The translations under genes were made by a program, and so were the position numbers. The notes beneath the pieces were generated by a model that saw only the letters and a program-made list of their open reading frames with translations, did not search any database and was not told where the DNA came from. From the NCBI GenBank assembly GCA_963514005.1, contig OY740789.1:68324001-68388000 (forward strand): a DNA stretch of 64,000 nt. Reading direction: 5' to 3'. Of this stretch, positions 10,541 through 25,500 are shown in pieces; the first letter of the stretch is position 1; every line of letters begins with the position of its first letter. This DNA is from Raja brachyura. Taxonomy: Eukaryota.

Positions 10541-13500
10541 CTGAAAAACAAAGAACGAGAAAGCTCAGCTTAATTTGTTATATGGGTGTCAACCTTAATC
10601 ACATTGTCACATCTACTTTACCTGAGTCAGGTGGATAAGTCGTGTTATCTCTTTCCCATTGTGGTTGTCAGGCTGCAGGATCCAGCCACTGGGCAGCATT
10701 TCACCTCGTACCATCTCTTTCACAGGTCGAGGCATTGATTCCTCATAGATGGATTGCATCGCCAAAACGTACTGCTTATTCTAGAGAAAGAAAGTGAATC
10801 GGACTCTGAGCTTATTGCATTGCACATTCTCCACGTAGCAAAAGTATAAGTTAGGATTCTACCATGTAGTAAACAGAGACATCCAGTATTAGTGGGGGCA
10901 GGGTGGGAGTGAGATTATTCACAGCAAGTTCTGTTTGCAGCTGCCTGCAACTCAATCATGATAAATAGCAAATTCTCCAATGGGTTGCAGTCTATAAAGA
11001 TATAAGATGGTATAGTTTATTTTAATTTTTAGGAACACATGCTCTGTTTACTGGGGTTATTGTAAATTGAGCCACTATAGGTATCATACCAAACTAGTTA
11101 TGGTGATATAGAGAGTGAGGAATGGCTGATTATGGACTGATACAGCCACACCACCTATTATGCAGAGTGCATGTGTAGTCTGCAAAGATATAAGCAGAGA
11201 AGGCAACATAGGCCTTGGATAGATTCAAATCAATGTGTAATGAGCAGATGTCTACAGAAAGGAAGAATCACCATCATAGGTTGTAATTTGGATTGTTTGA
11301 AGATGTTAAGAGTTCAAATGCAAGGATCACAGAGATAACAATGCCCATACTTAAAACAGAACAAAAAAGAAATCAATGCCAAAAGGATTCAACCCACAGT
11401 GGTTCACCGTACCTTTTTAGCCTCCACACTGATGCAGCAGAAGTCCCTGGGCTGGTTCAGATGGCAGGTGTCAATCACAAGGTAAACTTGATGAAGGAGG
11501 GAAGATAATCAAATGAAACAGCATAAGATTGTAAAGCAGTTGGTTTACAGATTTACAGAACATTTACACCATACAGCCATCCTTCATGTCCAGGTGAAGA
11601 GTTGCCCATCATAAATATTCTGCATGAAAAATCCTGTGAAACGCGGTGGATTAAAGTGGTGTCAGTTTGTTGATGCACTAATATTTATCCTGATTCTCCT
11701 CCCAACACCCTAAGCTTGATGAATGGCCTCTTGCTAACGACAAGTGATGGGGAGAAGAACATCAGTCGGAAGAAGGATTTCGACCTGAAACGTCACCTAT
11801 TCCTTCTCTCCAGAGATGCTGCCTGTCCCGCTGAGTTACTCCAGCATTTTGTGTCTACCTTCAATTTAAACCAGCATCTGCAGTTCTTTTCTACACAGCG
11901 AAGATGCTTTCCACCAAATAATTCAAAAATTGGTTACCTGGTACAGTGCAAAACCACAAAGAAAATTATGTTGCTCATCAGACCTAATTTGACTTTTACT
12001 TTCAATACTCATTCAGGCAGAACGTTCCATGGCATAACCGTGTTAGCATTGCTAACCCTTGGTTAATTTACCTTGTGTCTTCTGCCACTCATCAGTGTCA
12101 CTTTATCTTCACTTACCTTATGATTTCAAACCTCATTTGACGTAGCAATTTTTATACATTATTCAAGACTCAATCCCTGGAACAGTGGTTAAATATCCAG
12201 GGCCTTAGTTGGGCATAACACTAGTTGAGCTCTAACCAGTGTTTTAAAGGTTCAACATAACTGTTTCATTTGTCGTCTCCGCTTCTGTTTGGATAGAAAA
12301 TAATCTCATGTGCCTTTTTAATAGTTCTCTCAATTTAAACCCAGGTCTCTCGCTGTGCACTTTGTTTAAAGTGTACCATTGATCTTTTATGGTCGCTTCT
12401 CGTTTTCGCTACAGAACACAACCTTTCAGGGAAATGTTTGTCCATTTCAGCAGCCTGCCTACATTTCCAAGCCCTTTGTTCATTACCCATGTTTCATTGA
12501 AATTTTTAAATTCTATGTAATCCCAATTTCATGACCTTCCCTACACATTCGGGGCAATTTACAGGGGGGCTACAAACCCGCACATCTTTGGGATGTGGGA
12601 GGAAAATGGAACACCTGGAGTAAGCCCACGCAGTCACAGGGTGAACATGCAAACACCACCCAGTCAACAACAACTGAGGTCAGGATCAAAGTAGGTCTCT
12701 GATGCTGAGATAGCAGTTCTACCATCTGCGCCGTTGTGCTGCTAAAATCAGAAAAGGGAGCAGTCCTAAGCAATAATTACACGCAAAGGAAACGCCATTC
12801 ACCTCTTCTGCTTCTTTAGTTTAATATTATTTACAACAATAAGGGCTGTTATACCCAATTGCTCATCTAATAAAGCACCCACTTTGCTATTAGAACTATC
12901 TTACTGATCTGCCCTGATACTTGCTGTACCGGTAACTCTTCAACAGCATTCTCTCACTATCAGAATTAATTTCTATTTGCCATTTTATGCCTAACGGCCC
13001 AATCATATATATCTTCCTGCACTCAAAGGGGCTGTCCCACTTGGACGAACTAATCCGCGGGTTAAGAAGAGTGTCTTCAACCTTCAAGCTCGAGGGCACT
13101 CGCCTGGAAAGCCTCGAGCTGGATCGACCGACTGCGCACACACAAACACATCGCGAAGGTGGGGGCCAGGGATAGCAGGGGAGCGCCGTATTAAATACAC
13201 ACCCACGATGAAGAGGAAGGTAAAACGGCTACACAGTAACGGTGTCCTTTAGAGAGGGGGGGAGAGGGAGTGGAGACATTTTTAATAAGTATAATAAAGT
13301 TAAGTGGGTATTTAGCGGGCGAGGTTTTCCTTGGTCCTGAAAACTCCAATGAGCCAATCAAAATGCCTGGTCAGCAAAGGAGATTGCCTACGGCTGCTCT
13401 CGACTGCCTGTAACTACATAGCGACCCCACTACACTGCACTACAGTAAAAAAAAAGCCATGCTGACTAAATTTTACTCGCGGAAATATTTTCAACATGCT

Positions 13501-16500
13501 GAAAAAATTTCTGCAACCTAGCTGAGGCTAGAGAACTTCCCTCGAGCATGAAGGAGAGTTCCAGTGACCTCATGGGACCTAGGACCACGTGTCGACCATG
13601 CTGCGAGGTTAAAGGTCGAAGACACTATCATGAACTGGCAGATTAGGTCGCCCAAGTGGGACAGTCCCTTAAGATACCTTAACATCAACAAGATCACTTT
13701 CTGTATCTTCTGCAAATGTCTTCATTGTCTAGTCTACACCTGAGACCAAGGCATTAGTCGAAAGAACAAAAAACAAAGAAATGCTGAGCCTTATGGAACT
13801 CCATTTAAAAGCCACAAAACACTCAGCTCATCTCCCCTTAAATGACTGCCATTGAGCAAAGTCCGGAGCTATTTTGCCACTCGGACTTGGATCACATTCA
13901 CTCTTTTTTTTGACCAGCTTGCCATCATGGAACCTTGCTGAAATCATTACACTGGTTAAAACATTGGTTTAGCAACTCTTAAATCTGATTGACTAATTAT
14001 ATAAAATGTGTACTAGACTGTAGCCAATTACCCTCACAGTGGAACGTTTGTGATCTCAGCTGACATTGTTTACAACATTCAGAAATGTCAGGTTATGGAC
14101 AGTTATTGCACCCCTTATGTACCGTGAGCAGTGTCATTGTGTTAAAATACCAGTTCCCAGACTCAGACAAAGGTGATCGTTGGATAACTGGATACTGGTG
14201 CTGGACAAGAGAGTTTTACCATGAAAACTGTCCACCACAACCCTCTCAATGACCCTCCTTGTTACCTACCTCAAATAATTCCAACTGGTGAGTTGGACTA
14301 AACCTTTACCAGTTTCTATACTAGCAGACCCCGATCAGCCCACATCTTTCTAAATGAAAGTTTATGCTGTTATTCAATTAATTCCAATCATTTTTCTATC
14401 ACCCTGATAAATTAAATGACCTACAATTTCAGTGTTTTATCCATTCTTGACGAATGCTACAGTTTTAGCAATCCTTCAACCTTCACTCTGGCACCATTCA
14501 GAATCACACTGCATGAAAACAGGGAATGTCCTACAGCCGCTGATCAACATGTCCCATCTACACTAGTCCCACCTGCCTGTGTTTGGCCCCTATCCCTCTA
14601 CATAACTGTCTAAATGTCTTTTAAATGTTGCAGTACCTGGCTCAACTATCTCCTCTGGCTGCTCGTTTCACATACCCACCACGATATGTGAAAATGTTGC
14701 CGCAAAGGTTCCTACCTTTCCCCTGTAATCAGGATTGCAAAGTGATAGAGCTTCTGCAATTTCCTTTGTGTTTCACGCAGCAACATACCTGATGACTTAC
14801 ACACACAGATGTTCACCACTTAATATTCTGCTTTTTCTGGGTTTATCCTGTGTAGTACTTTACACTCACACCCCTCAACTGCAAAATTAGTCACCCTTTT
14901 ATGAGAACGGCCACAAACGTTATGTATAGGAAGTAACCGCAGATGCTGGTTTACACCGAAGATTAGACACAAAATGCTGGAGTAACTGCGGGCACCCAAG
15001 GCAGAATACCCGGATAGAAGGAATGGGTGATGTTTCGGGTCGAGACTTTTTCAGACTGAGAGTCAGAGACACAGAGATAAGGAAGTGGAAGTGTGAAAAC
15101 AAGACATCAAAGGGGATCAAGGAAAATAGATAATTGTTAGCTAGAAGAAGGTGACAACTAAGCATTTAATCAGGAGGAGAGTCGGACTGTTCGTAGAACT
15201 AGGAACGGAGAGGGATAGAGAGGGAAAGTAAGGGTTACTTGAAGTCTGAGAAGTCAATGTTCATACCGCTGGGGTGTAAGCTGCCAAGCAAAATATGAGG
15301 TGCTGTTCCTCCAATTTGTGCTTGGACTCTGGCAGGGGAGGAGGCCCAGGACAGAAAGGTCAGTGTGGGAATGGGAGGGGGAGTTAAAGTGTTTAGCAAC
15401 CAGGAGATCAGGTAGGTTTAGGCAGACTGAATGGAGGTGTTCAGCAAAACGATCGCATCCGCTTGGTCTTGCTGATATATAGGAGTCCACACCTGGAACA
15501 GCAGATAGAGTAGATGAGGTTCGAGGAGGTGCAAGTGAACCTCTGCCTCACCTGAAAACTATGGAGTAGAAGGAGGTGGTATAGGGACAGCGGTTGCAGG
15601 GGAAGTACCTGGGGAGGGGGTGGTTTGGGTGGGAAGGGATGAGTTAACCAGGGAATTGCTGAGGGAAGAGTCTGCGGAAAGTGGAAAGGGGTGGAGATGG
15701 GAAGATGTGACTAGTAGTGGGATCCCTTTGGAGGTGGCAAAAATGTCAAGAGTATGTGCTGTATGCGATGGCTGTTGGGGTGAAAGGTGAGGACTAGGGG
15801 GACTCTGTCCCTATTGCAACTGGGAGGAAAAGGAGTAAGAGTGGAGCTATGGGATATTGAGGACACCCTTGTGAGGGCTTCATCTATGATGGAAGAGGGG
15901 AACCCCGTTCACTAAAGAATGAGGACATCTCAGATGTCCTGGTATGGAACACCTCATCTTGGGCGCAGATGTGGCGTAGACGGAGGAATTGGGAGTAGGG
16001 GACAGAGTCTTTACAGAGGCAGGGTGGGAAGAAGTGTTATCTAGATAGTTGTGGGAATCAGTAGGTTTCTTGTTTAACTTGGCATCATATTCTGCACATA
16101 TATAGACCATTCCTCTGCTGTGCTATTCTACCATTTGCATTAATTACCCAACTTTCAGGCATCTTTTATACTACATCAATCATAATAAAAAAATATTTGC
16201 TTTTCACAAATACATGTCTATTGTCGTCTCGTCATCTCATTTTTGATTCCGACAGTGAACTTAAATCTGCTGAAACAGTCCATGGGATGTAGAATGTCTT
16301 CATAATTATCGCTGTTGTAGACTGTACAATGGGTTTTCCAGTCAAACATGCATAGAGGATGACCTTGTAAATCGTGAACTCTTGCTGGAATTCACACCTT
16401 TCTATTTGGGAGAAAATGACAACGCGGAGATCCTCAGTAACCAAATCCCTAGGTATGAACACACAGTCCTTCAGCAGACACCCAAGTTACTTCCCGCAAG

Positions 16501-19500
16501 GAAGCACTTGGTTATGAACTCAGAGCTTCACAGGTGTGTTTTATAAAGCACCAGAATATAAAAGTTACAAGGTAGACAAAAATGCTGGAGAAACTCAGTG
16601 AGTGAGGCGGCATCTATGGAACATTGCCTATTTCCTTCGCTCCATAGATGCCACCTCACTCGCTGAGTTTCTCCAGCATTTTTATCTACCTTCGATTTTC
16701 CAGCATCTGCAGTTCCTTCTTAAACAGAATATAAAAGTTAATCTGATAAAACATGAGCACCCAGCCAACTGCTTAGTGGGTACTTATTGGCATTGAGGAT
16801 GTAGGCACGAGTTGTACTGGCTGACAAAAAGATCTGTGTAAAGAAAAAGCTCATTCATCTTTCTCAAAGTTACTATTCAGAGATGTCCATCAGGAGTTGT
16901 CATTTGAAAACAAATCTTTTTACTGTACACTGGACAATCAATAGCAATATCAAAGAGGTTCACCAGTTACAAACTGAACTAGACTTAGATAACTGAAACT
17001 CATGTTGAACGAACGTGAATCAAGGTACATGGGATGTAACTAGATAACATTCATGTGTGAAGGAACTCTCATTACTACTGAGGAAACCCGCAGACACTGG
17101 ATAAAGAGCTTGGAAGGAATTGCCAGGAAGGTTTAGTGGCATATTCTGAAACTGGGGTTAAGATCTATCAAATCAAGAAAGTAAATGTCTAAAGACCAGA
17201 AGCTCTGGAGGAGATCAGTGCATCTTACCGAGCTCAATGCCGTGTCCCGGTTGTTGGTGTATTTTCACAGTTTTTAATGCCTCATCATAGAGCTGCCTCT
17301 TGCTGTTATCCTTCACCAAACGCCACACTGTGTCCAGTGGCTTCTCAATCACACCAACTCCCATAAAGCCATGCTTAGTGGAGGAAAGGTACCGCTTATA
17401 AAACATCAGGACATCTTTTTCCATGCCAAGGTATCTAATGGAAACAGAAAGAAAACTGAAAATACATGACCAACTATGTAATTTTTAGGATTCAAAATAC
17501 TACACAAAGCATTGCTTCTGCTTTTGTGCAGAGATAGGCTGAGTAAGTGTTGCAGTTTCAGCTTTGGCCCAACACACCCATGCTGAACAAGATGCCCAAT
17601 CTCAGCTAGTTCCATTTGCCTGTGCTTGGCCGATATCTTTCTACACATTTCCTATCTATGTACTTGTCCAAATGTTTTAAATTATGTTAATTACCTGCCT
17701 TCCCTTCCTCTGGCTGCTTGTTCTATATACCCATCACCTGCTGTAGGCAAAGGTTGTCTCTCAGGTTGCTATTAAATAATTTCCCTCTTACAGCTACATC
17801 CTCTAATTCTTGATTCCCTACCTTGGGAAAAAGATGTTACTTTCACCCAATCCAGTCCCCTCATGATTTTATACGCCTCCATACGATCACCGCTCAGCCT
17901 CCTGAACTAGGAATAAAGTCCCAGTCTGCGCAACTTCTCCATAGCTCAGACCCTCATGCTCGTAAATATTTTCTGCACTCCTTCCAGCTTAATGGGGCAT
18001 ATTTACTATAGCAGAGTAACCAAAACTGGACACTGTACTCCAAATGCAGCCTCACCAACATCTTGTACAACTGTAACTTAACACTCCAAATGTTATACTC
18101 AATGATCTGACTGATGACGGCCAGTATGGTAAAAAGTTTCTTCACCACCCTATCTACCTGTGATGCCATTTTCAGGAGACTATGTACTTGTACTCCTAGA
18201 TCCCTCTGCTCTATAACACAACCCAGGGCCCTACTGTTCATTGTGAAGTTCCTTGCCAGGTGTGACTTCCCAAAATGCAACTCCTCACACTTATCCAAAT
18301 TAAACACCATTAGCCATTTCTTGGCCCACTCATCCCGCTGAACGAGATCCCGCTGGAATTGGTTTTACATTCTACAATACCATCGATTTTGGTATCTTCT
18401 GCAAACTTATTAATCACACCGTATACCTTTTCAAATGAGATGTCCAGAGGACATAGGTTTAAGGTGAAGAGGAAAAGATTTAATAGGAATCTGAGGGGTA
18501 ACTCTTTCACACAAAGGGTGGTGAATGTATGGAACAAGCTGCCAGAGGAGGTAATTGAGGCAGGAACTATCCCAACATTTAAGAAGCAGTTAGACAGGTA
18601 CATGGATAGGACAGGTTTGGAGGGATATGGACCCAACGCTAGCATGTGGGCCTAGTGTAACTAGTGCACCATGGGACATGTTGGCCGGTGTGGGCAAGTT
18701 GGACAAAAGGGCCTGTTTCCACACTGTATCACTCTATGACAAACAGCTGTTGGCCCAGCACTGATTCCTGAAGCATACCACTAGTCACAGGCCTTCAGAG
18801 AGACAAACAACCTTCTACCACCACCCTGGTCCTCGGTTCATACACTCCTCCAGGAATACACTTGATCCCAGCTGCTTACACCTGACCCATGCCGGAACAC
18901 AGCCACAATGTCTCTCGTCATCCAGGCCAGGGTTCCTTACTCCTACCAGCCTTGTTCTTCATTCTAACAAACAATGCTGAGGATCCGCCCCAGATGGTAA
19001 TACAATATCCCAGGGCACTTCACTGAAGCAGAGAAATACTGGCTAGCAGTTTCTATCAACTGAATCACCAAAGCTTAATGCGCTAGGGTGAAATCATGCT
19101 TCTGGGAGTTTCCTATGTTTAGATTAGCATTCTTCCAGTGCAACAGTAACGACAGTGCAAGGCCAGCTTCAGGCCATCCTGCGGCAGTGGCAATGTCTTT
19201 AAACCTGGGCAGGCAAACATGTCTTTAAACCTGGGGTGAATAACGTAAATGCTGCACATTTGTTATCCTGATGAATTCATGTACCTCCAGCCAGCTGCTG
19301 CTTTACCAGTGAGGTGGTCTCCAGGATGGTTTACAGATGCACTTGTGATCTGAAAAGATAGGGATTTTCAACATTCTGTCCATTGTAGACAATGTAAATC
19401 AACAATTTTAAAATGTACACAGGTCACTCCTTGAGATTGCCATCAAGGGCAGCACCCTGAGGTTGAAAGTCTTAGCCTTGGGATTCACCCACTGGTCACA

Positions 19501-22500
19501 TTCCTGGAAATCCCTCCCCTGCAGCCCCAGGACAGGGCTTTAACTGGGCATAAGGAGAAGGCTTGCCAATGGTCAAGATTGGCCATCCTGAACATCAGTG
19601 AAGAGGTGCTGCATGTGGTGGGTACCGGGAACGTTGGCCCTTTCACGGGTTAGGCCTGCTTCATCCTATCCTGTAGTGCTGTTGCCATGCTCCCAATTTA
19701 GAGAGATGTGGATACTGGGGATGGTGGGATTATGAAGAGTTACCAGAACCTGCTCTGAATGAACCAGTATGCAGTCACTGCTGCCGTTCTGAGCCATTAC
19801 TGAGGCAGAAATCCAGTGCAGATGTGATTCTGCAGTGTCGGGTAGCCAGCTGAAGTGCACGGGACAAACACAGGAGGAAATAACCCATTGAAAGGAAGGA
19901 TTAGATGGAGCAGCATGAATAGCTTTCCAACAGGGTAATTGGACACTAATCAATAATTAGTAATCAATAATTTCAAGAACATGTAAACACTCACCTCTGC
20001 TGTTAAAGAAGCTACAGTCAGAATAGCCAAATCTTGATATTTTTTGAGAAAGGGTGAACTATGGTGACAGCTGCTTTTTGTTATTTTTCCTGCAATTGAG
20101 AGCGCAAGTGGACAGGAAGCTGCGGCAAAATACATATCACATAAATTGTCATTCATCGGTGCGATGGTTCTTTATTATCACATTAATTTTATTTTGCACT
20201 GTTCAGGAAAGTATTACCCTCTCCAGCAGCCCCTACAACACTCCGTATCAGCAGCAGTGATTACACTTTGTCTCCTTATCCCATTCTCTCATCGCTAAAT
20301 CCATATTAGCCTTCCCTCTTTCAAACCACCATCCAAGTGACTGCGAAAAAGATCTTGTAATTAACTGGCCAGGATCTTACAGCCAATATTCTGCAGATGA
20401 TTCTAAAACAGGATAAACAGGATTGAAAGGAGAAAATGCAAGAAGCACCCAGCAAGTTAGGCCTTGACTGTGCAGAGAGAAACAGTACAAAGAAAAGAGA
20501 AACGGGTCAAAGGCTTGGTCAGAAGTGGAAATCAATAGCTAAGAGTTAGTTTTCAGTGACCCGAAAATGTGGATTAGTGGGATAAGACAAAGCAAAGATT
20601 AGCGATAAGGTGAGACGGGTTATCATGGTGATACTGACCGCTGAGTCATTTGGTTTGGGGCAATTGGGGAGAGAAAAAACACAGGACGTAAAATCTGTGA
20701 AATGTAGGTCAGAGGTGTTGCAACGAGGAGAAACCAATGCAGAACATTGTTCATGCCCCTCCCTAATGGCCATCATTAATCTGTCATTAGACATCAGAAT
20801 GACATGGTGGTCTCATGCTATCAGAGATATTCCCCATGTCCTATCCTACCTTCCGCTAGTCTCTTCTGCAACTTCTCTTCCCACTTTACTAATTCTGATG
20901 AAAGGTCTGAGACCTGAAACATTAACTGCTTCACACTCCACAAATCATTACCATTTGCAGTATTTTTGACTTTCAAGGCAAAGGAGGTGTACAACAAGCA
21001 ACGCTGTGGAAGAAAAATTAATATCCTTCTTTATTTAATTGGAATTGAACAAGGTAACGAGAGGGTGTTTTGGATGTGACAATTGGCAGCTCTCGCTAGA
21101 CCAGGTGCAGAAGAAGTTTGCGGGAATCGGCAAAGTAAGATTAGACGTATTACCTCCAGTCTGGGAATGTGAGGAATTGTGGATGGTGAATGTAAAAATG
21201 AAATGGGAGCAGATAACAAACTTTGTTTACATTTCTGAGAAGTTACAGTAGATCGCCCGTGCCCCCTACCGCTAGCAGCGTAGATACGTTGCAGTAAATG
21301 GGAGGCTTATGATTATTTTGGGATGGGCCGCTTGAAAAATGAGGTAGAATTATATCAAGATTCCCTTGTATTGTGTTTGAATTGTATTAATCATGTTGTT
21401 GAATAAGATTAACATAAGCAAACAGTATGTTCTGACAAATGAAACAATTGGTACTATGTAGTTGATAGAATATTTTCATAGAATAGTATCTAACAACAGT
21501 AAACACAAGTTGGTTTCTGCACAGTGTAACTGTCAGCTAATTCTGCTGTGAAGCCCGAGAACTGGTGGGTAGTTTACTGCTGCCATCTCTCCTTGATATC
21601 ATGCAATAAAGTCTCTTCAAGTAAACCTACAAAGTCTGTAACTTTTCGTTTTTTCCTTTAAATTCCGTCTAAATTAATTTTTTCGACCAATGCTATATGC
21701 TTACATCCACTGAACCACTTAAAACATATTTTTAGAATCTGTTGGTATCACAACATGGGTATTTGTTTATAATAGGCAGAACGCTGCCGGCTACGGGAGT
21801 CCAGATCGTCCCGTCAACGGAGGGCTCGAGGCCCACGACCGAGGAAGAACAAACGGAAGGACTTGAACTTTTTTTTCGCCTTCCATCACAGTGAGGAATG
21901 TGGTGGATGTTCATGTTAAAATGTGGTTTTGGGTGATCTGTTACTTTTAATTGACTGACCTGGCCAATAAAATTCCTCGTATGTTGCAAAACATACTTGG
22001 TGAATAAAGTGTGATTCTGATTCAGATTCTGATGGGGGAAAGATATTCAATTATTGGAGGGAAGGACGCCTGTTACAGGGAGAGCAACAGGTGGGTATTC
22101 CGTCACGGAGACATGCGGGGAAAAGTAACAGTTACCAAGGGGCAGGACACGATACACTGATGATCACCTTCTCCATCACAGGAGACAGACAATCAACTGA
22201 CAACTATTATAGGCCCACTGACTCCCACAGCTATCTAGACTACACACTGTTTCCTGTGCAGACTATCCCCTACTCCCAATTCCTTCGTCTACACCACATC
22301 TGCGCCCAGGATGAGGTATTCCATACCAGGACATCGGAGATGTCCTAATTCTTTAGGGAACGGGGATTCTCTTCTTCCATTATAGATGAGGCCCTCACTA
22401 GGGTCTCATTGAAATCCCGCAGCTCTGCTCTTGCTCCCCCTTCCCCCAGTTGTAACAGGGACAGAGTCCCCCTAGTCCTCACCTTGCACCCCAGCAGCCG

Positions 22501-25500
22501 TTGCATACAGCACATAATCCACCTCCAAGGGGATCCCACCACCAGCCATATCTTCCCATCTCCACCCCTTTCCGCTTTCCCTCTGCAACTCCCTGGTCAA
22601 CTCGTCCCTTCCCACACAAACCACCCCCTGCCCGGATACCTGTCCCTATACCACCCCCCTCGACTCCATCCAATGACCCTGACAGCCTTTTTAGGTGAGG
22701 CAGAGGTTCACTTGCACCTCCTCCAACCTCATCTACTGTATCCGCTGTTCCAGGTGTGGACTCCTGTATATCGGCAAAACACAGTGCAAGCTCGATGATC
22801 GTTTCGCTGAACACCTCCGCTCAGTTTGCCTGAAACTACCTGATCTCCCGGTTGCTGGTTCTCCTGGTTGACTTTACTCCCCCTCCCATTCCCATACTGT
22901 CCTGGGCCTCCACCATTGTCAGAGTGAGGCCCAGCACAAATTGGAGGAACAGCAACTCATATTTTGCTTGGGCAGGTTACACCCCAGCGGTATGAACATT
23001 GACTTCTCTAACTTCAAGTAACCCTTGCTTTCCCTCTCTCTCCATCCTTCCCCCTTCCCAGTTCTCCGACCGGTCTTACTGTCCCCGACTACATTTTATC
23101 TGTCTGCTTTCTTGTTACCTTCTCCCAGCTAACAATTATCTATTCTACATTTTCTTAGAACTCTATTCCCTTTTCCCAGTTTTCACACTTCATCCCCCTC
23201 CCTGATGTCAGTCTGAAGAAGGGTCTCAACCCAAAATGTCAACCATTCTTTCTCCCCAGAGATGCTGCCTGTCCCGCTGAGTTACTGCAGCATTTTGTGG
23301 CTATCTGCAATGGCATCCTCTCCTCAATAATGTTTTGCCTCCTTGATTATCAAGAAACTACCCATCATACCTTAAGATTATTCAAAAATATTTAAATATT
23401 CAGCTTCCACCTCTCTTGAGTTCCAAATACTTATCAGCATTGAAGAGAATTCACTTTGTTGTCTTAAACAGATTTTTAAACAGTTCCTCCATAGGGAACT
23501 CAACAGGTCAGGGAGCATCTATGGAGGTGGAGGGATAGTCAACATTTTGGGTCAAAACCCTTGCAACAGAATTGAGAGTGGAGAGGTATAAAGGTGAAGG
23601 CAAATGCTAGGCAAAGTGGTCACCTAGTCTACGCCTGGTCTCACTGATGTAGGAGGCCACATTATGAGCTCCAAATACAGTAGACGAGATTGGAAGAGTG
23701 CAGGTGAATCTGGAAGTGCCATTCAGGTCCCCGAATGGAGGTGAGGGAGGAGATGTAGAGACGGGGATCATAGCTCCTACAGCTGCAGGGGAACATGCCA
23801 GGGGTCAGGGAGGGGTGAGCAAACCAGGGTGTCAATGCAGAAAGGAGAGAGGGGTAGGGGAGGGAAGATGTGATTACTGGGAGGATCACAATGTGGCGGC
23901 TTGCTGGGATTACGTCACTGTGGATCCTATGTGTATAAAATCTTCTGGATCAGCCTACCATGAAGTACTTTATCAGATGCCTTAATAACCTACCTTAGCC
24001 TCCTTAGGTCTTCAGAATCACACTTTCAGAATCACAATCACACTTTATTCACCAAGTATGTTTGGCAACATACGAGGAATTTCATTGGCCAGGTCAGTCA
24101 TACAATTAAAAGCAACAAGACTCGAAAACACATGAACATCCACCATAGTGACTCCTACACATTCCTCACTGTGATGGAAGGTGAAATAAAGTTTAAGTCG
24201 TTCCTTCTGTTCTTCCTCAGTCGGGGACCTCGAGCCCTCTGTTGATGGGACAATCTTGACTCCCGTAGCCAGCGGCGCTTCGGGCCCTCTGCGTTGCGGT
24301 GATCCGCTCCTGCATCCGGGGGGGGTGTCAGCTTCCCCGCTCTGGACGATCGAACCTCGCGTCGGGGCTGGTCGAGCATTCCGCGACGTTGGAGCCTCCC
24401 GACTCTTCACAATTTACTCGGTGCCTCAGCAAAGATAGCAACCAACCCTTTGGTGGTTCACCCAAGTCATTCATATACATTGTAAAAAGTAACTACAGTA
24501 AAAACCCAAAAAGCTTATGGGTTTTGGTGGTACCCGACTGGTAATTCCTCCTGACTGATAGTATGACCATTAATACCTCGACACTTATTTGTTCAGCTGT
24601 TATACAGAAGTATAATCCATGTTTCAGTGAACCTGGTGTGTTTATAAGGTGCATGGAAATGGGTTCCCAGTGAGTTTAAACGTTGAACAGGAAACATCAT
24701 CCAATGAGCCAGATGCTGAACATTCGTTTAGTGGCTTACCTCATTTATGCCCCCTCCCTGCTGCCTGTTTAACAGTCACCCCACTCTAATATATCACCTG
24801 CCACAAGATGGGGGTTTATTTTCCACAATAACGTTTGATTCGGCAACCTTGTCAAAAACTTACATCCACTCATTTCCCCTCATTCCACAACACATGACTT
24901 AATCAAAGGACTTCAATGATCCTCAAATCAACTCAACCAGTCAAATAAGGCACACAAATTCACACGGACACAAGAACTGTGGCGGGGCCTGAACGCGTGG
25001 GTGCTTATGCATGAGGCATCTCGAAACAGGGCCTTGTTACTGGAATGGAACTTAGCAGGAGTTACGACATGCGCAGCACGATCTTGATGAGCTGAAGTTT
25101 AGGGAACATGTTCAGTGCTACTCACCATGTTGAGTGACTTCAGTGTCTTTCAACTGTGAGTTGCCACAAGCTGTGCACCTGTTGCTGGCCATCCCAGGAT
25201 CTGCACGGCTTTTGCTCTGCTGTTATTAAACAGATTTTATTCAATAAGAACTTGCTCCATACAACGTGATTTGTACAAGATAGTTACTGGAAATTTGAAA
25301 TCAAATTATCTGCACAGAATGGCTAATGTAAAGGGATATTAAGATCCTTGTGAAACTCCTTTAGGCTGAATATCTCATTATTTACTGATCAGTCTCGTTA
25401 GTTAAAAGCTTTCACACAGAGTTACCTGATCACTGAGGCACAGTCACGATTCAGTGAGATTCTCCGCACTTGCCCGGCTGTGTACAACTGCAACGTGGTT

